Shown here: positions 49,686 through 59,017 of the stretch, piece after piece | Layout of the letters: each line of letters begins with the position of its first letter | Numbering within the stretch: the stretch's first letter is position 1 | Position numbers and translations under genes: made by a program | Notes under the pieces: model-generated | What the model saw: the letters and a program-made list of their open reading frames with translations, nothing else | Told to the model about the DNA's origin: nothing | The model's database searches: none | Origin: Candidatus Eiseniibacteriota bacterium | GTDB taxonomy: Bacteria; Eisenbacteria; RBG-16-71-46 | Length of the DNA: 64,000 nucleotides | Assembly (NCBI GenBank): GCA_963717505.1 | Contig: OY970342.1 | Location: 1,248,001 to 1,312,000, forward strand | Reading direction: 5' to 3'

Positions 49686-50879
49686 TCAGTCCTGCTTTGC
49701 GAGCCTCAACAGTTCGGGCAGGCTGAGGTCCTTCCCATACATCAGCATGCCCACGCGCAGGGCGGTTCCCGCCGCCTTGCGCATCAGCCACACGCTCGCG
49801 GCCAACAGCACCAGCCCGAGAACGATCTGCCAGGTCGCGGCCTGCCCCATGGCGACGCGCATCGGCATCAACATGGGTGAGAAGAACGGCACCAGCGACG
49901 TGACGATGGCGAAGCCGGCCTCGGGCGACGCCAGGACCGGCTCGAGGAAGAAGATGGGCAGGGCCGGGATCACGAAGAAGTTCCCCTGGAGCTTGGACGC
50001 CGACTGGAAATCCTTGAGCGTCGCCATGATCGCTGCGAATAGGGCCACGTAGAGGCCGAGTCCCAGCAGTCCGTACAGCGTACAGATCGCCGCGGTCATC
50101 GGGTTGAGCGAGCCGGGCATGGTCGGCACCAACCAGAGCAGGACCCAGATGCCGGCGAGCGCCCACACCAGTCCGTTCACCAGCCCGACCACGCTGAAGG
50201 CGAAGATCTTCCCGTCCATCCACGCCTGGGGCGAGATCGCCGACACGATGATCTCGGTCACGCGTGCCTGCTTCTCGCCGCTGATGCCGATGATCGCGTA
50301 GCTGCCGGCGATGAAGATGACGGTCATCAACAGGAGCATGAGGACCAGGGCGACGATACGGTCGATGCGCGAGGAGCGGGCCTGCGGGTCGGCGACTTCG
50401 ACCTTGACTTCGACCCCCGCCTCGAGGCGCGCGAGATCGCCGCGGTCGAGCCCGATCTCGGCCGCGCGCACGGCGCGCGCCAGCGTGTCGAATTGCTGGT
50501 CGATCGCGCGCGAGAGCCTCGGGATCTCGCGCCGCAGGATCAGCTCCGGCTGGCCCTCGGGGAACTCGGGGGGAACGAGCAGGGCGCCGTCATAGGTCTT
50601 GGCGAGCACCGCCCGGGTCAGGGCGGTGCGCTCGGCGTCGGCGCCGTGCACCTCGACCCATTGAACCGTGGCCATCGAGTCGGGTCGTGGCGCGTCGGCG
50701 TCGACCGCGATTCGATGGATGCGCTGGTCCGTGCGCCGCTCCATCCATTGGGTTCCAGCCATCACGCCGACGATCAGCGCTGGCGTGATCAGCACGGAGA
50801 CGATGAAATCGGCGCGCGACAGCGTGCGCCGCATTTCCCAGCGCGCCACCAGCCACCAGGCGTTCCGTCGTCCCGGCAT
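49686..50879 (-). CDS. ABC-2 transporter permease (NatB-like)
   Basis: EKQARVTEIIVS..GKI, SLVPFFSPMLMPMR, GMLMYGK. Confidence 0.9.
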   Translation of the reverse strand: MPGRRNAWWLVARWEMRRTLSRADFIVSVLITPALIVGVMAGTQWMERRTDQRIHRIAVDADAPRPDSMATVQWVEVHGADAERTALTRAVLAKTYDGALLVPPEFPEGQPELILRREIPRLSRAIDQQFDTLARAVRAAEIGLDRGDLARLEAGVEVKVEVADPQARSSRIDRIVALVLMLLLMTVIFIAGSYAIIGISGEKQARVTEIIVSAISPQAWMDGKIFAFSVVGLVNGLVWALAGIWVLLWLVPTMPGSLNPMTAAICTLYGLLGLGLYVALFAAIMATLKDFQSASKLQGNFFVIPALPIFFLEPVLASPEAGFAIVTSLVPFFSPMLMPMRVAMGQAATWQIVLGLVLLAASVWLMRKAAGTALRVGMLMYGKDLSLPELLRLAKQD

Positions 50880-51890
50880 TCAAGCCCCCTGGTGAACGGC
50901 GGCGGTGGTCGCGGCGCTCACGTCGCCCCCCACGGCCATGACGTAAACCTCGTGTAGCGACGGTGGGCGCATTTCGACCCGGTCGACCACGTACGATCCG
51001 GCGAGACCGGTGAGCACCGGGCCGAGATCCCGCGCCGCCGGCCACTCGACGCGCACGGTCAATCGTCCGTCGGCCGACTCGACGTCCGCGTCGCGCCCGG
51101 CCTCGCGCCGCAGCAGGTCGGCAACCGCGCGGGAATCGGCGGTCCCCGACCGCGGCCGGAGGTCGAGCCGCAGCACTTCGGTGTCGCGTGTCGCCGTGCG
51201 CCGCATTTCGTCGAGCGTGCCGGAGAGCAGCGCCCGGCCGCGGGAGATCAGCAGGAAGCGATCGCACAGGCGCTCGACCAGGCCGAGCTGGTGCGCCGAG
51301 AGCAGCACCGCCGCCCCGCGGGCGCGCAGGTCGCCGATCAGACCCAGGAACAGCTCTTGGTTCAAGGGATCGAGGCCCGAGAACGGCTCGTCGAGCACCG
51401 CGAGCATCGGGCGATGGAGGACCGCGGCCGCGAACTGCACCTTCTGCTGGTTGCCCTTGGACAGCGTGTTCACCTTGTGGCGGGCGCGATCGGCCAGCTC
51501 GAGGCGTTCGAGCCACCGCGCCGCCTCGGCGCGCGCGTCCGGCGTGGACATGCCGCGCAGCGAACCGAGGTACTGCAGGACGTCGATCACCTTCACGTCC
51601 TCGAACAGTCCACGCTCCTCGGGGAGATAGCCGACCCGGGTCGGGTCATAGTGCCGCGCGCCGCCGAACGAGATGCGCCCTTCGTCGGGACGGGTGATGC
51701 CCATGATCATGCGAAGGGTCGTGGTCTTGCCGGCGCCGTTGGGGCCGAGAAAGCCGAAGATCTCGCCGCCCTGCACCGCGAACGACACGCCATCCACTGC
51801 GCGCAAGGTTGCGAAGTTTTTTGTGACGTGCTCGACCGAGAGCACGTGGGACGAGGGCCCCGCTGCCGTGAACGTCGCCGCGCTGGACAT
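50880..51890 (-). CDS. ABC transporter ATP-binding protein (NatA-like)
   Basis: GPNGAGKTT, LSKGNQQK, LDEPFSGLDP. Confidence 0.92.
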   Translation of the reverse strand: MSSAATFTAAGPSSHVLSVEHVTKNFATLRAVDGVSFAVQGGEIFGFLGPNGAGKTTTLRMIMGITRPDEGRISFGGARHYDPTRVGYLPEERGLFEDVKVIDVLQYLGSLRGMSTPDARAEAARWLERLELADRARHKVNTLSKGNQQKVQFAAAVLHRPMLAVLDEPFSGLDPLNQELFLGLIGDLRARGAAVLLSAHQLGLVERLCDRFLLISRGRALLSGTLDEMRRTATRDTEVLRLDLRPRSGTADSRAVADLLRREAGRDADVESADGRLTVRVEWPAARDLGPVLTGLAGSYVVDRVEMRPPSLHEVYVMAVGGDVSAATTAAVHQGA

Positions 51891-51921
51891 GAGATTGGAG
51901 ACGCTACAAACTGCGCCGCTC

Positions 51922-53235
51922 ATGCGTCAACGCTCGATCGCTCCCTTTCTCGCGACAGTGGTCGCCGCCCTCATGGCCGGTTCGCCCGCGTGGGCCGCAT
52001 CCGCGGATGGCGCGCTCAGCGTTCAGCCGGTCCTGCTCGGACTGCTGCTCATCCTGGTCGGCGCCAAGCTCGGCGGTTCCCTGTTTGCACGCTTCGGCCA
52101 GTCGCCGGTGCTCGGCGAGCTGCTCGCGGGCGTGTTGATCGGCAACCTCGGACTGTTCGGCTACCACGGGTTCGACGCCTTGCGGGACCTGGGAGGCATT
52201 CAGCTCCTGGCCGAAATCGGCGTGTTGTTCCTGTTGTTCGAAGTCGGACTGCACACCAACGTTGGCCAGATGATGGCGGTCGGGGCGTCGTCCTTGATCG
52301 TCGCGGTGCTGGGTGTGATCGCTCCGATGGTGCTGGGCTATTTCTGTTCGGCGTGGTTCTTTCCGGGGCACAACGTTCTGACCCACTGGTTCGTGGGCGC
52401 GACCCTGTGCGCCACCAGCGTCGGAATCACCGCACGCGTACTTCAGGATCTCGGGCGGACGGCCAGCGTCGAAGGCCGGATCATTCTCGGCGCCGCGGTC
52501 ATCGACGACGTGCTCGGGCTGATCGTGCTGGCCGTAGTCGCCGGGATCATCCAGGCCGCCGATGCCGGACGGACATTCGATCCCAAGTCGGGCTTCATGA
52601 TCCTGCTCAAGGCAGTGGCGTTCCTGGCGGCGGCCGTAGTAGTGGGTCGCTGGCTGTCGAAGCACGCGTTCCAACTCGCGACCCGGCTGGGCGGCAGCGG
52701 CATGCTGCTCTCGACCGCCCTTGCCCTGTGCTTCGGGTTCGCGTTCCTGGCCGGGGCGGTGGGTCTGGCCCCGATCGTCGGCGCGTTCGCCGCCGGGCTG
52801 GTCCTGGACGACGTGCACTACCGAGACCTCCAGTCGCGCGACCACAAGCAACGCAGCATCCCCGAGTTGCTCGAGCCCCTGTCGACCTTCCTGGTGCCGG
52901 TGTTCTTCGTGCTGATGGGCATGCGGGTCGACCTGTCGGTCTTCGGCGTTCCCGGCGTGCTCGGTTTCGCCGCGGTGTTGACGCTGGCGGCGGTGATCGG
53001 CAAGCAGGTGTGCGCCTTTGGCGTGCTGGAACGGGGCGCCGACCGCTGGGCCGTGGGGCTGGGCATGATCCCGCGCGGCGAAGTCGGGCTGATTTTCGCG
53101 AGCATCGGCGCCACCCTTTCGATTCGCGGCGAGCGCGTGGTCGATGGCGCTGTTTTCTCCGCGGTGGTGGTCATGGTGGCGCTGACCACTCTGATGACGC
53201 CACCGCTCCTGGTTTGGAAAATGCGCCGATCCTGA
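51922..53235 (+). CDS. Cation:proton antiporter, CPA2 (NapA/KefB-like)
   Basis: ATSVGIT, AAVIDDVLGL, GMIPRGEVGL. Confidence 0.92.
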   Translation: MRQRSIAPFLATVVAALMAGSPAWAASADGALSVQPVLLGLLLILVGAKLGGSLFARFGQSPVLGELLAGVLIGNLGLFGYHGFDALRDLGGIQLLAEIGVLFLLFEVGLHTNVGQMMAVGASSLIVAVLGVIAPMVLGYFCSAWFFPGHNVLTHWFVGATLCATSVGITARVLQDLGRTASVEGRIILGAAVIDDVLGLIVLAVVAGIIQAADAGRTFDPKSGFMILLKAVAFLAAAVVVGRWLSKHAFQLATRLGGSGMLLSTALALCFGFAFLAGAVGLAPIVGAFAAGLVLDDVHYRDLQSRDHKQRSIPELLEPLSTFLVPVFFVLMGMRVDLSVFGVPGVLGFAAVLTLAAVIGKQVCAFGVLERGADRWAVGLGMIPRGEVGLIFASIGATLSIRGERVVDGAVFSAVVVMVALTTLMTPPLLVWKMRRS

Positions 53236-53254
53236 GGCGCGACAGGCCGCCCCA

Positions 53255-53545
53255 ATGAGCAACGACGATCACGCCATTCAAACCAAAGTCAAAGCGATCC
53301 TGGTGCGCAAGGGCGTCGACCTCGCGGGCGCCGGCTTCGGCGTCACGAACGGTGTCGTGACCCTCACCGGCGTCTTGAGCAGTTCCCATTTCGCGTCGGG
53401 AGGCGGCGCCCTGGATCACGTCGTCCAGGAGGCGCACTTGGCAAAGTGGCTCGAGCGCCAGATCAAGCGGATCTCCGGCGTGCGCGACGTGGTCTTCAAC
53501 CTCGACCACGTGAAGAAGGACGGCGCCCGGTTCCGGAGGCGCTGA
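53255..53545 (+). CDS. Small BON-like protein
   Basis: VTNGVVTLTG ... ISGVRDVVFNL. Confidence 0.6.
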   Translation: MSNDDHAIQTKVKAILVRKGVDLAGAGFGVTNGVVTLTGVLSSSHFASGGGALDHVVQEAHLAKWLERQIKRISGVRDVVFNLDHVKKDGARFRRR

Positions 53546-53607
53546 GGGGCACCGTGCGTGACACCAGGAACGTCGGGAACCGGACCGCACACGTCGCCGG
53601 CGGGACC

Positions 53608-54681
53608 ATGGGCAAGCTGCCGCCGGCGGATCTCGAACGACTGATCCGCGGGCGTCTGGGCGCGGAGCGTGACGAAGTCCTGCTGGGGCCGGGCCCGGGG
53701 CGTGACGCGGCGGTGGTGCGGGTTGGCGCCGGACGCGTCCTGGCGATCACCACCGACCCGCTGTCGCTGATTCCAGCCCTTGGACCCGAGCGCTCGGCGC
53801 GGCTCGCGGTTCATCTCGTGGTCTCCGACTCGTGGACCACCGGCATCCCGCCCGCGTGGGCGACCGTGAGCCTCGACCTGCCGCCGGATCTCGACCGGGA
53901 CGTGCTCGATCGCTACGCTCAGGCACTGCACGAGGAATGGGCGCGTCTCGGAGTCGCGGTGGTCGCGGGCCACACCGGGCGCTATCCGGGCTCGTCCCTG
54001 ACCATCGTCGGTGCGGCCACCGTGATCGGCATTGGCGACGAGGGGCGCTGGATCGGGGCGCCGTTTGTCTGTCCCGGCGATCGATTGATCGTAACCCGGG
54101 GTTGCGCGATCGAGACGACAGCGATCGCCGCGCACTTGTTTCCCCGGCGTTTCGAGCGGTTCCTGGCCGAGCATGCCGGTGTTCCTGGTGTCCGTGAGGC
54201 GGCCCTCGAGCGTGCACGCCGCCTGATCGATCAGGTGAGCGTCGTCGAGGATTGCCGGATCGCAATCCAATGCGGGGTGCGCGACCAGGGCGTGAGCGCG
54301 CTGCACGATGCCACCGAAGGCGGGGTTCTCGGCGGACTGGTGGAGTTCGCGTGTGCGGCGGCGTGCGATCTGCGGGTGATTCGAACGCTCATCCCCCTCA
54401 GTCCGGAAGCGCGCGCCGCGTGTGCAGCATTCGGCATCGATCCTTACACCGCGCTGTCCGAAGGCACGCTGCTGGTCGCCGCTCGTGCCGCGCACGCCGC
54501 ACGGGTTCTCGATGCGCTCCGTGCGGCCGGCATCGAGGCCGCGGAGGTTGGCGAATTCGTGCGTGGACCGGGCATAGTGTGGTGGGCGGAGTCCGAGGGC
54601 GAGGCGATCCGGGTGGCGGAAGCGCCACCGGATCCCTACTGGGCAGCGTACGAGCGAGCGATCCGCGAAGGCTGGGAATAG
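53608..54681 (+). CDS. AIR synthase/HypE-related protein
   Basis: MGKLPP, GPGPGRDAAV, TTDP, GHT, LHDATEGG, SEGTLL. Confidence 0.85.
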   Translation: MGKLPPADLERLIRGRLGAERDEVLLGPGPGRDAAVVRVGAGRVLAITTDPLSLIPALGPERSARLAVHLVVSDSWTTGIPPAWATVSLDLPPDLDRDVLDRYAQALHEEWARLGVAVVAGHTGRYPGSSLTIVGAATVIGIGDEGRWIGAPFVCPGDRLIVTRGCAIETTAIAAHLFPRRFERFLAEHAGVPGVREAALERARRLIDQVSVVEDCRIAIQCGVRDQGVSALHDATEGGVLGGLVEFACAAACDLRVIRTLIPLSPEARAACAAFGIDPYTALSEGTLLVAARAAHAARVLDALRAAGIEAAEVGEFVRGPGIVWWAESEGEAIRVAEAPPDPYWAAYERAIREGWE

Positions 54682-54694
54682 GTCCGGGAGGGTC

Positions 54695-55576
54695 ATGGCG
54701 GATCAGGTCGGCACCCGAATCAAGGAAGCAGCGCGCGCGCTGGCGGCCGGCCTGCGCATTCGGGCAACCGGGTTCATGGTCTGGGCCGGCGTGAGCCTGA
54801 TGGTGCTGGTCCTGTGGTGGGGACTCCGGAGCCATGAAGATCGCCTGCTCGAGCGCCTGATCCTGGTCGAGTCGCGGCAGCTCGAATCGTCCGCTTCGCG
54901 CGCGATCGAAGCCCGCGGCCTGGAAATGCTGCGCATGGCTCGTCGCTGGGAGGGCGTTGCCTCGCCGACCCTGGCCGATTGGGCGGACGACGCCGATCGC
55001 GTGGCGCGGAGCGACGCGCTGTTTCGCGCGTTCGAATGGCGCGATGCCGACCTCACGCCGCGCTGGACGACGCCGCTGCCCGCGGCGAGCGCCACCGGTG
55101 AGTTGGCGCCTCAATTCGAGGACGTGCGGCGCGACGCCGTGGCTCCGGCGCTGGGGAGCGACACCTACCACGTGTCCGCGAGCTTCGTCGGTCCGGAGGA
55201 ACGTCGTCAGATCCTGATTGCCGCACCGCTTCAACGCGACGGCCGGACGATCGGCGTGATCGCCGGCGTCCTGCGGGTCCGGGATCTCGCCGACACGCTC
55301 TCACTCCCCAACCTGCTGCGCGGATTCCAGCTCTCGATCAACGAAGGGGAGAGTCTGGTCTACGGTCCCGATCCCGCCGATATTTCCGAGACGTTGCGTC
55401 TGCTCGACAGCGCCCCGGTGCATGTCGGCGCGCTCGATTGGTCCATGGACTTCTGGCCGACCGACGAACGGCTCGATCGCCTGCGGTCGCCCTGGGCGCC
55501 GCTGACGCTGGTGCTGGGCCTGCTCGGGGCGATCGCGGCCGGGTATGCCGCGCACCGGCTGTCGCGACTGAAATAG
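54695..55576 (+). CDS. Two-TM membrane protein with CHASE/Cache-like extracytoplasmic domain and no output domain
   Basis: TM, periplasmic ILIAAPLQRDGRTIGVIAGVL, TM, then stop after a few residues. Confidence 0.65.
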   Translation: MADQVGTRIKEAARALAAGLRIRATGFMVWAGVSLMVLVLWWGLRSHEDRLLERLILVESRQLESSASRAIEARGLEMLRMARRWEGVASPTLADWADDADRVARSDALFRAFEWRDADLTPRWTTPLPAASATGELAPQFEDVRRDAVAPALGSDTYHVSASFVGPEERRQILIAAPLQRDGRTIGVIAGVLRVRDLADTLSLPNLLRGFQLSINEGESLVYGPDPADISETLRLLDSAPVHVGALDWSMDFWPTDERLDRLRSPWAPLTLVLGLLGAIAAGYAAHRLSRLK

Positions 55577-55879
55577 TCAGCGACGGCTGCGTTGCCGCAG
55601 CCGCCGCCGATGGAGGGTGAGACGATGCCGCGGAACGCTTATCAAGCTTCGTGCCCAGTAGGTCGGGGATTGAAAGTCGGGTCCGACCTCGGGGCGGGAA
55701 CCTAGCTCCGACCCGCATTCGGCGCGGCCCCGAGCGCACGGCCCCGCGTGCCGGCGAACCGTGAGGGTTGATTCCCTCGGCGACCGCGATCGCGGGCATC
55801 ATGCAGTTCGACCGCCCTTCACCCTGCAATCTGCGATACTGGCCGGCGCCGCGAGCCGTCGGAAACCCGGAGGACCCCC

Positions 55880-57631
55880 ATGCGCATCGCCGCCATCGAC
55901 ATCGGCACCAACTCGATTCACATGGTGATCGCGGGCGCCACCGGCTCCGGCGGCTTCGAGGTCCTCGATCGCGAGCGCGAAGTGGTGCAGATCGGCCGTG
56001 GCTCGTTCACCGCCGGCCGCCTGCGCGCCGATGCGATTCAACGAACCATCAGCGCGCTCACCCGTTACGTCCAGCTCGCCCGCCGGCACCAGGTCGACCG
56101 CATCCTGTGCACGGCGACCGCGGCGGTGCGCGAGGCCAAGAACGGCGGCGACTTCCTGACCCAGGCCCGGACGATCGCCGGCGTGACGCCGCGCGTGATC
56201 CCGGCCGAGGAGGAAGGCCGGCTCATCTATCTCGCGGTCAAGGGTGCTCTTCGCCTGCCGGAAGCACCGAGCCTGATGGTCGACATTGGAGGCGGCAGCG
56301 TGCAGTTGGTCGTCGGTAATCGCGACAAGCTGCAGCGTGTGGTGAGCGCTCCGCTCGGCGCGCTGCGGCTCACCGAACGATTGCTCGACTCGGACCCGCC
56401 TTCGCGGCGCGACCTGGCTCGCCTCGACCGGACGGTGCGCAAGGCCTTGCGCGATCCGCTGGGCGTGGTGGCAGCCCTCGAGCCGGAGCAGGCCTTCGGC
56501 TCTTCGGGGTCGATCCACGCGCTGGCCCACATTGCCCACTGGAGCGAGACCGGCGGCCCGATCACGCAGATCAACGGCCACGTTCTGTCCCTGGATTCCC
56601 TGCACGCGCTGGCTCGCCGGCTTCAGAAGATGACGACCGCCGAACGCGAGCGGTTGCCCGGCATCGACGCCCAGCGAGCCGAGATCATCGTGCCCGGTGC
56701 GGTGGTGCTGCGCCACATTCTCGAGGAGCTGGAGCTGGACGGCATCACCATCTCGGACTTTGGAGTGCGTGAAGGTCTGGTCACCGACTACATCATGCGC
56801 CACGCGCAGGAGATCACCGCCGCCGAGCGGGTCCAGGACTTGCGGCTGCGTAGCGTGATGCAGCTGGCCGAGAAGTTCCAGGCCAACCTGCCCCACGCGC
56901 AACACGTGACCAAGCTGGCCCTCGACTTGTTCGACGGGTTGAGGCCGATCCATAAGCTCGGCGACGCGGCGCGCGACGCGCTTCACTTTGCCGGCCTGCT
57001 CCACGACATCGGGTCGGCGATCGGCTACGACGCGCATCCCGAGCATTCCTACTACATCATCAAGCACGGCAACCTGCGCGGGCTCGCCGCCGACGAAGTC
57101 GAAATGGTGGCGAACGTCGCCCGCTTCCACAGCAAGAGCCGCCCGCGCAAACGAGTCCCCAGCTTTCGCGACCTGGATCGCGACGGACGCCGCACGGTGC
57201 GCTGGCTTTCGGCGATCCTGCGGGTGGCGGAGGGGCTCGACCGGAGCCACTACCAGCTGATTCACAGCCTGACCGTGGTCCGGCGAAAGGGGAGCGTGAC
57301 CGTGCGTGTCGCGGCTCGACGCGAAGCCCAGCTCGAGTTGTGGGCGGCACGCCGGCGTGCGGATCTACTCTCGACCTTGATTGGGGCTCCGGTGCGGATC
57401 GTCGCGGAGAAGGCTGCGGTCAAGGCGGCGAAGCCGAGCGAGCCCAAACCGGCCGAGGCCGGAAGGCCCGCGACCAAGGCGGGCCGTGCCGGGCCTGGTG
57501 CGCGCCAAAAAACCGCGGGCAAGTCGACCCCGGCCAAGCGGACCAAACCGCAACGAGCCATCGTCCGTCGCAGCGTCGGGCGCGGCCGGCGGACGCGCGG
57601 CAACGGCACGGACGTTCGCGCCCGCACGTGA
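55880..57631 (+). CDS. ppx: Exopolyphosphatase Ppx/GppA family with HD domain
   Basis: AAIDIGTNS, ATAAVREAKN, DIGGGS, GVREG, LLHDIG; basic low-complexity tail. Confidence 0.93.
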   Translation: MRIAAIDIGTNSIHMVIAGATGSGGFEVLDREREVVQIGRGSFTAGRLRADAIQRTISALTRYVQLARRHQVDRILCTATAAVREAKNGGDFLTQARTIAGVTPRVIPAEEEGRLIYLAVKGALRLPEAPSLMVDIGGGSVQLVVGNRDKLQRVVSAPLGALRLTERLLDSDPPSRRDLARLDRTVRKALRDPLGVVAALEPEQAFGSSGSIHALAHIAHWSETGGPITQINGHVLSLDSLHALARRLQKMTTAERERLPGIDAQRAEIIVPGAVVLRHILEELELDGITISDFGVREGLVTDYIMRHAQEITAAERVQDLRLRSVMQLAEKFQANLPHAQHVTKLALDLFDGLRPIHKLGDAARDALHFAGLLHDIGSAIGYDAHPEHSYYIIKHGNLRGLAADEVEMVANVARFHSKSRPRKRVPSFRDLDRDGRRTVRWLSAILRVAEGLDRSHYQLIHSLTVVRRKGSVTVRVAARREAQLELWAARRRADLLSTLIGAPVRIVAEKAAVKAAKPSEPKPAEAGRPATKAGRAGPGARQKTAGKSTPAKRTKPQRAIVRRSVGRGRRTRGNGTDVRART

Positions 57632-58965
57632 TGCGCGCGGTACCTCTGCGGCGGATTCTGCTGCTGGCAGCGATCGCGTTCCTCGGGACGTTCCGGGGAA
57701 CCGCGTTCGCCTCCGACCTGGTCGTGGACACGCGTCGCCGGGTCGAGCTGGTCGAAACCCGTCCGATCGAGACCACGCTCGGCAATCCCTCGCTCCGGCC
57801 GACGCTCGACACCTGGCTGACCATGATCGGAGAGGCGAAGACCCGCATCGATCTCGAAGGCTTCTACCTTTCCCATTGGCCGGGCGAGCCGATGGAGCCG
57901 GTGCTCGCCGCACTCGGAGCCGCGGCGAAACGAGGCGTTCAGGTCCGCATCGTGCTCGACAACGGTATGTACTCGACCTATCCGAATCCGGCGGACTCGC
58001 TCGCGCGCCTGCCGGGATTCGCGGTGCGCCGCATCGACATGCGCCGGATCGCCGGCGGCATCCAGCACGGCAAGTATCTCCTGGTCGACGGCCAGGACCT
58101 GTTCCTCGGCAGCCAAAACCTCGACTGGCGTTCCCTCAAGCACATCCATGAGCTGGGAGTGCGTGTCATCGACCGCAGCCTGGGGGCGGCGTTCGCCGAG
58201 GTGTTCGAGTGGGACTGGGCGGCGGCCGACACCACGACCTGGGTCGAGCTGGCGAAGCCGGACACGATCTCGAGCCGCGGCGGGGCGCGCGTGATCAGCC
58301 GCCGGCCGTCGCCGCCCAAGCCGCGACCGCCACTCGGGCCGATTCCCCTCGACATGTATGGGGAGAAGGGGTGGGTGGTGCCCAGTTTCTCACCGCGCGG
58401 CTGGATCCCAGATTCCACGCGCTGGGACCTGGACGCCATCCTCCGGCTCCTGACCTCGGCGCAAGGCGAAATCGTCGTCCAGCTCCTGACCTACGCGCCC
58501 GAGGAGTACGACGAGAAGGACGAGACGCTGGATGTGGCCCTTCGCGCGGCGGCGGCGCGCGGCGTGCGCGTGAAACTGCTGATCTCGGACTGGGTGGTCA
58601 ACGGCAAGGGCATCGGCTACCTGCAGCGTCTCTCGCGCGTGCCGAACATCGAGGTCAAGCTCTCGACGGTGCCGGAATGGAGCGGCGGCTACATACCGTT
58701 TGCGCGCGTCCAGCACTGCAAGTTCGCGATCGCGGACACCGCGCGCACCTGGATCGGCACCAGCAACTGGGGCCCGGGCTACTTCACCTCGTCGCGCAAT
58801 CTTGCGCTCACGTTCGACAGCCGCAAGCTCGCGGAACAGGCGCGCCGCGTATTCGAATCGGGCTGGTCGTCGACCTACGCCGCGGCCGTGAATCCCGACT
58901 CGACCTACCCCGAGAAGATTCGCGGCATGACCCCGCCGCAAGGGAAGCGCGTCTACGGGAACTGA
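57631..58965 (+). CDS. Secreted phospholipase D family protein (two HKD motifs)
   Basis: HGKYLLVD..GSQN and HCKFAIAD..GTSN; signal peptide. Confidence 0.9.
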   Translation: MRAVPLRRILLLAAIAFLGTFRGTAFASDLVVDTRRRVELVETRPIETTLGNPSLRPTLDTWLTMIGEAKTRIDLEGFYLSHWPGEPMEPVLAALGAAAKRGVQVRIVLDNGMYSTYPNPADSLARLPGFAVRRIDMRRIAGGIQHGKYLLVDGQDLFLGSQNLDWRSLKHIHELGVRVIDRSLGAAFAEVFEWDWAAADTTTWVELAKPDTISSRGGARVISRRPSPPKPRPPLGPIPLDMYGEKGWVVPSFSPRGWIPDSTRWDLDAILRLLTSAQGEIVVQLLTYAPEEYDEKDETLDVALRAAAARGVRVKLLISDWVVNGKGIGYLQRLSRVPNIEVKLSTVPEWSGGYIPFARVQHCKFAIADTARTWIGTSNWGPGYFTSSRNLALTFDSRKLAEQARRVFESGWSSTYAAAVNPDSTYPEKIRGMTPPQGKRVYGN

Positions 58966-59017
58966 AGGCGGCCGATGGGTGACACCGGCCGCCTCGAACC
59001 ACTACAGCATCGCGCGT

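Noticed and set aside
53608-54681. HypE hydrogenase maturation gene
   Set aside because: Lacks the C-terminal PRIC cysteine and no hyp or hydrogenase genes are nearby; kept as AIR-synthase-related
55655-55690. raiA-motif, SAM-I or 6S RNA identity for the element upstream of ppx
   Set aside because: Only short shared words (TTGAAAGTCG, TTATCAAG); other conserved segments are missing and the fold is branched rather than rod-like
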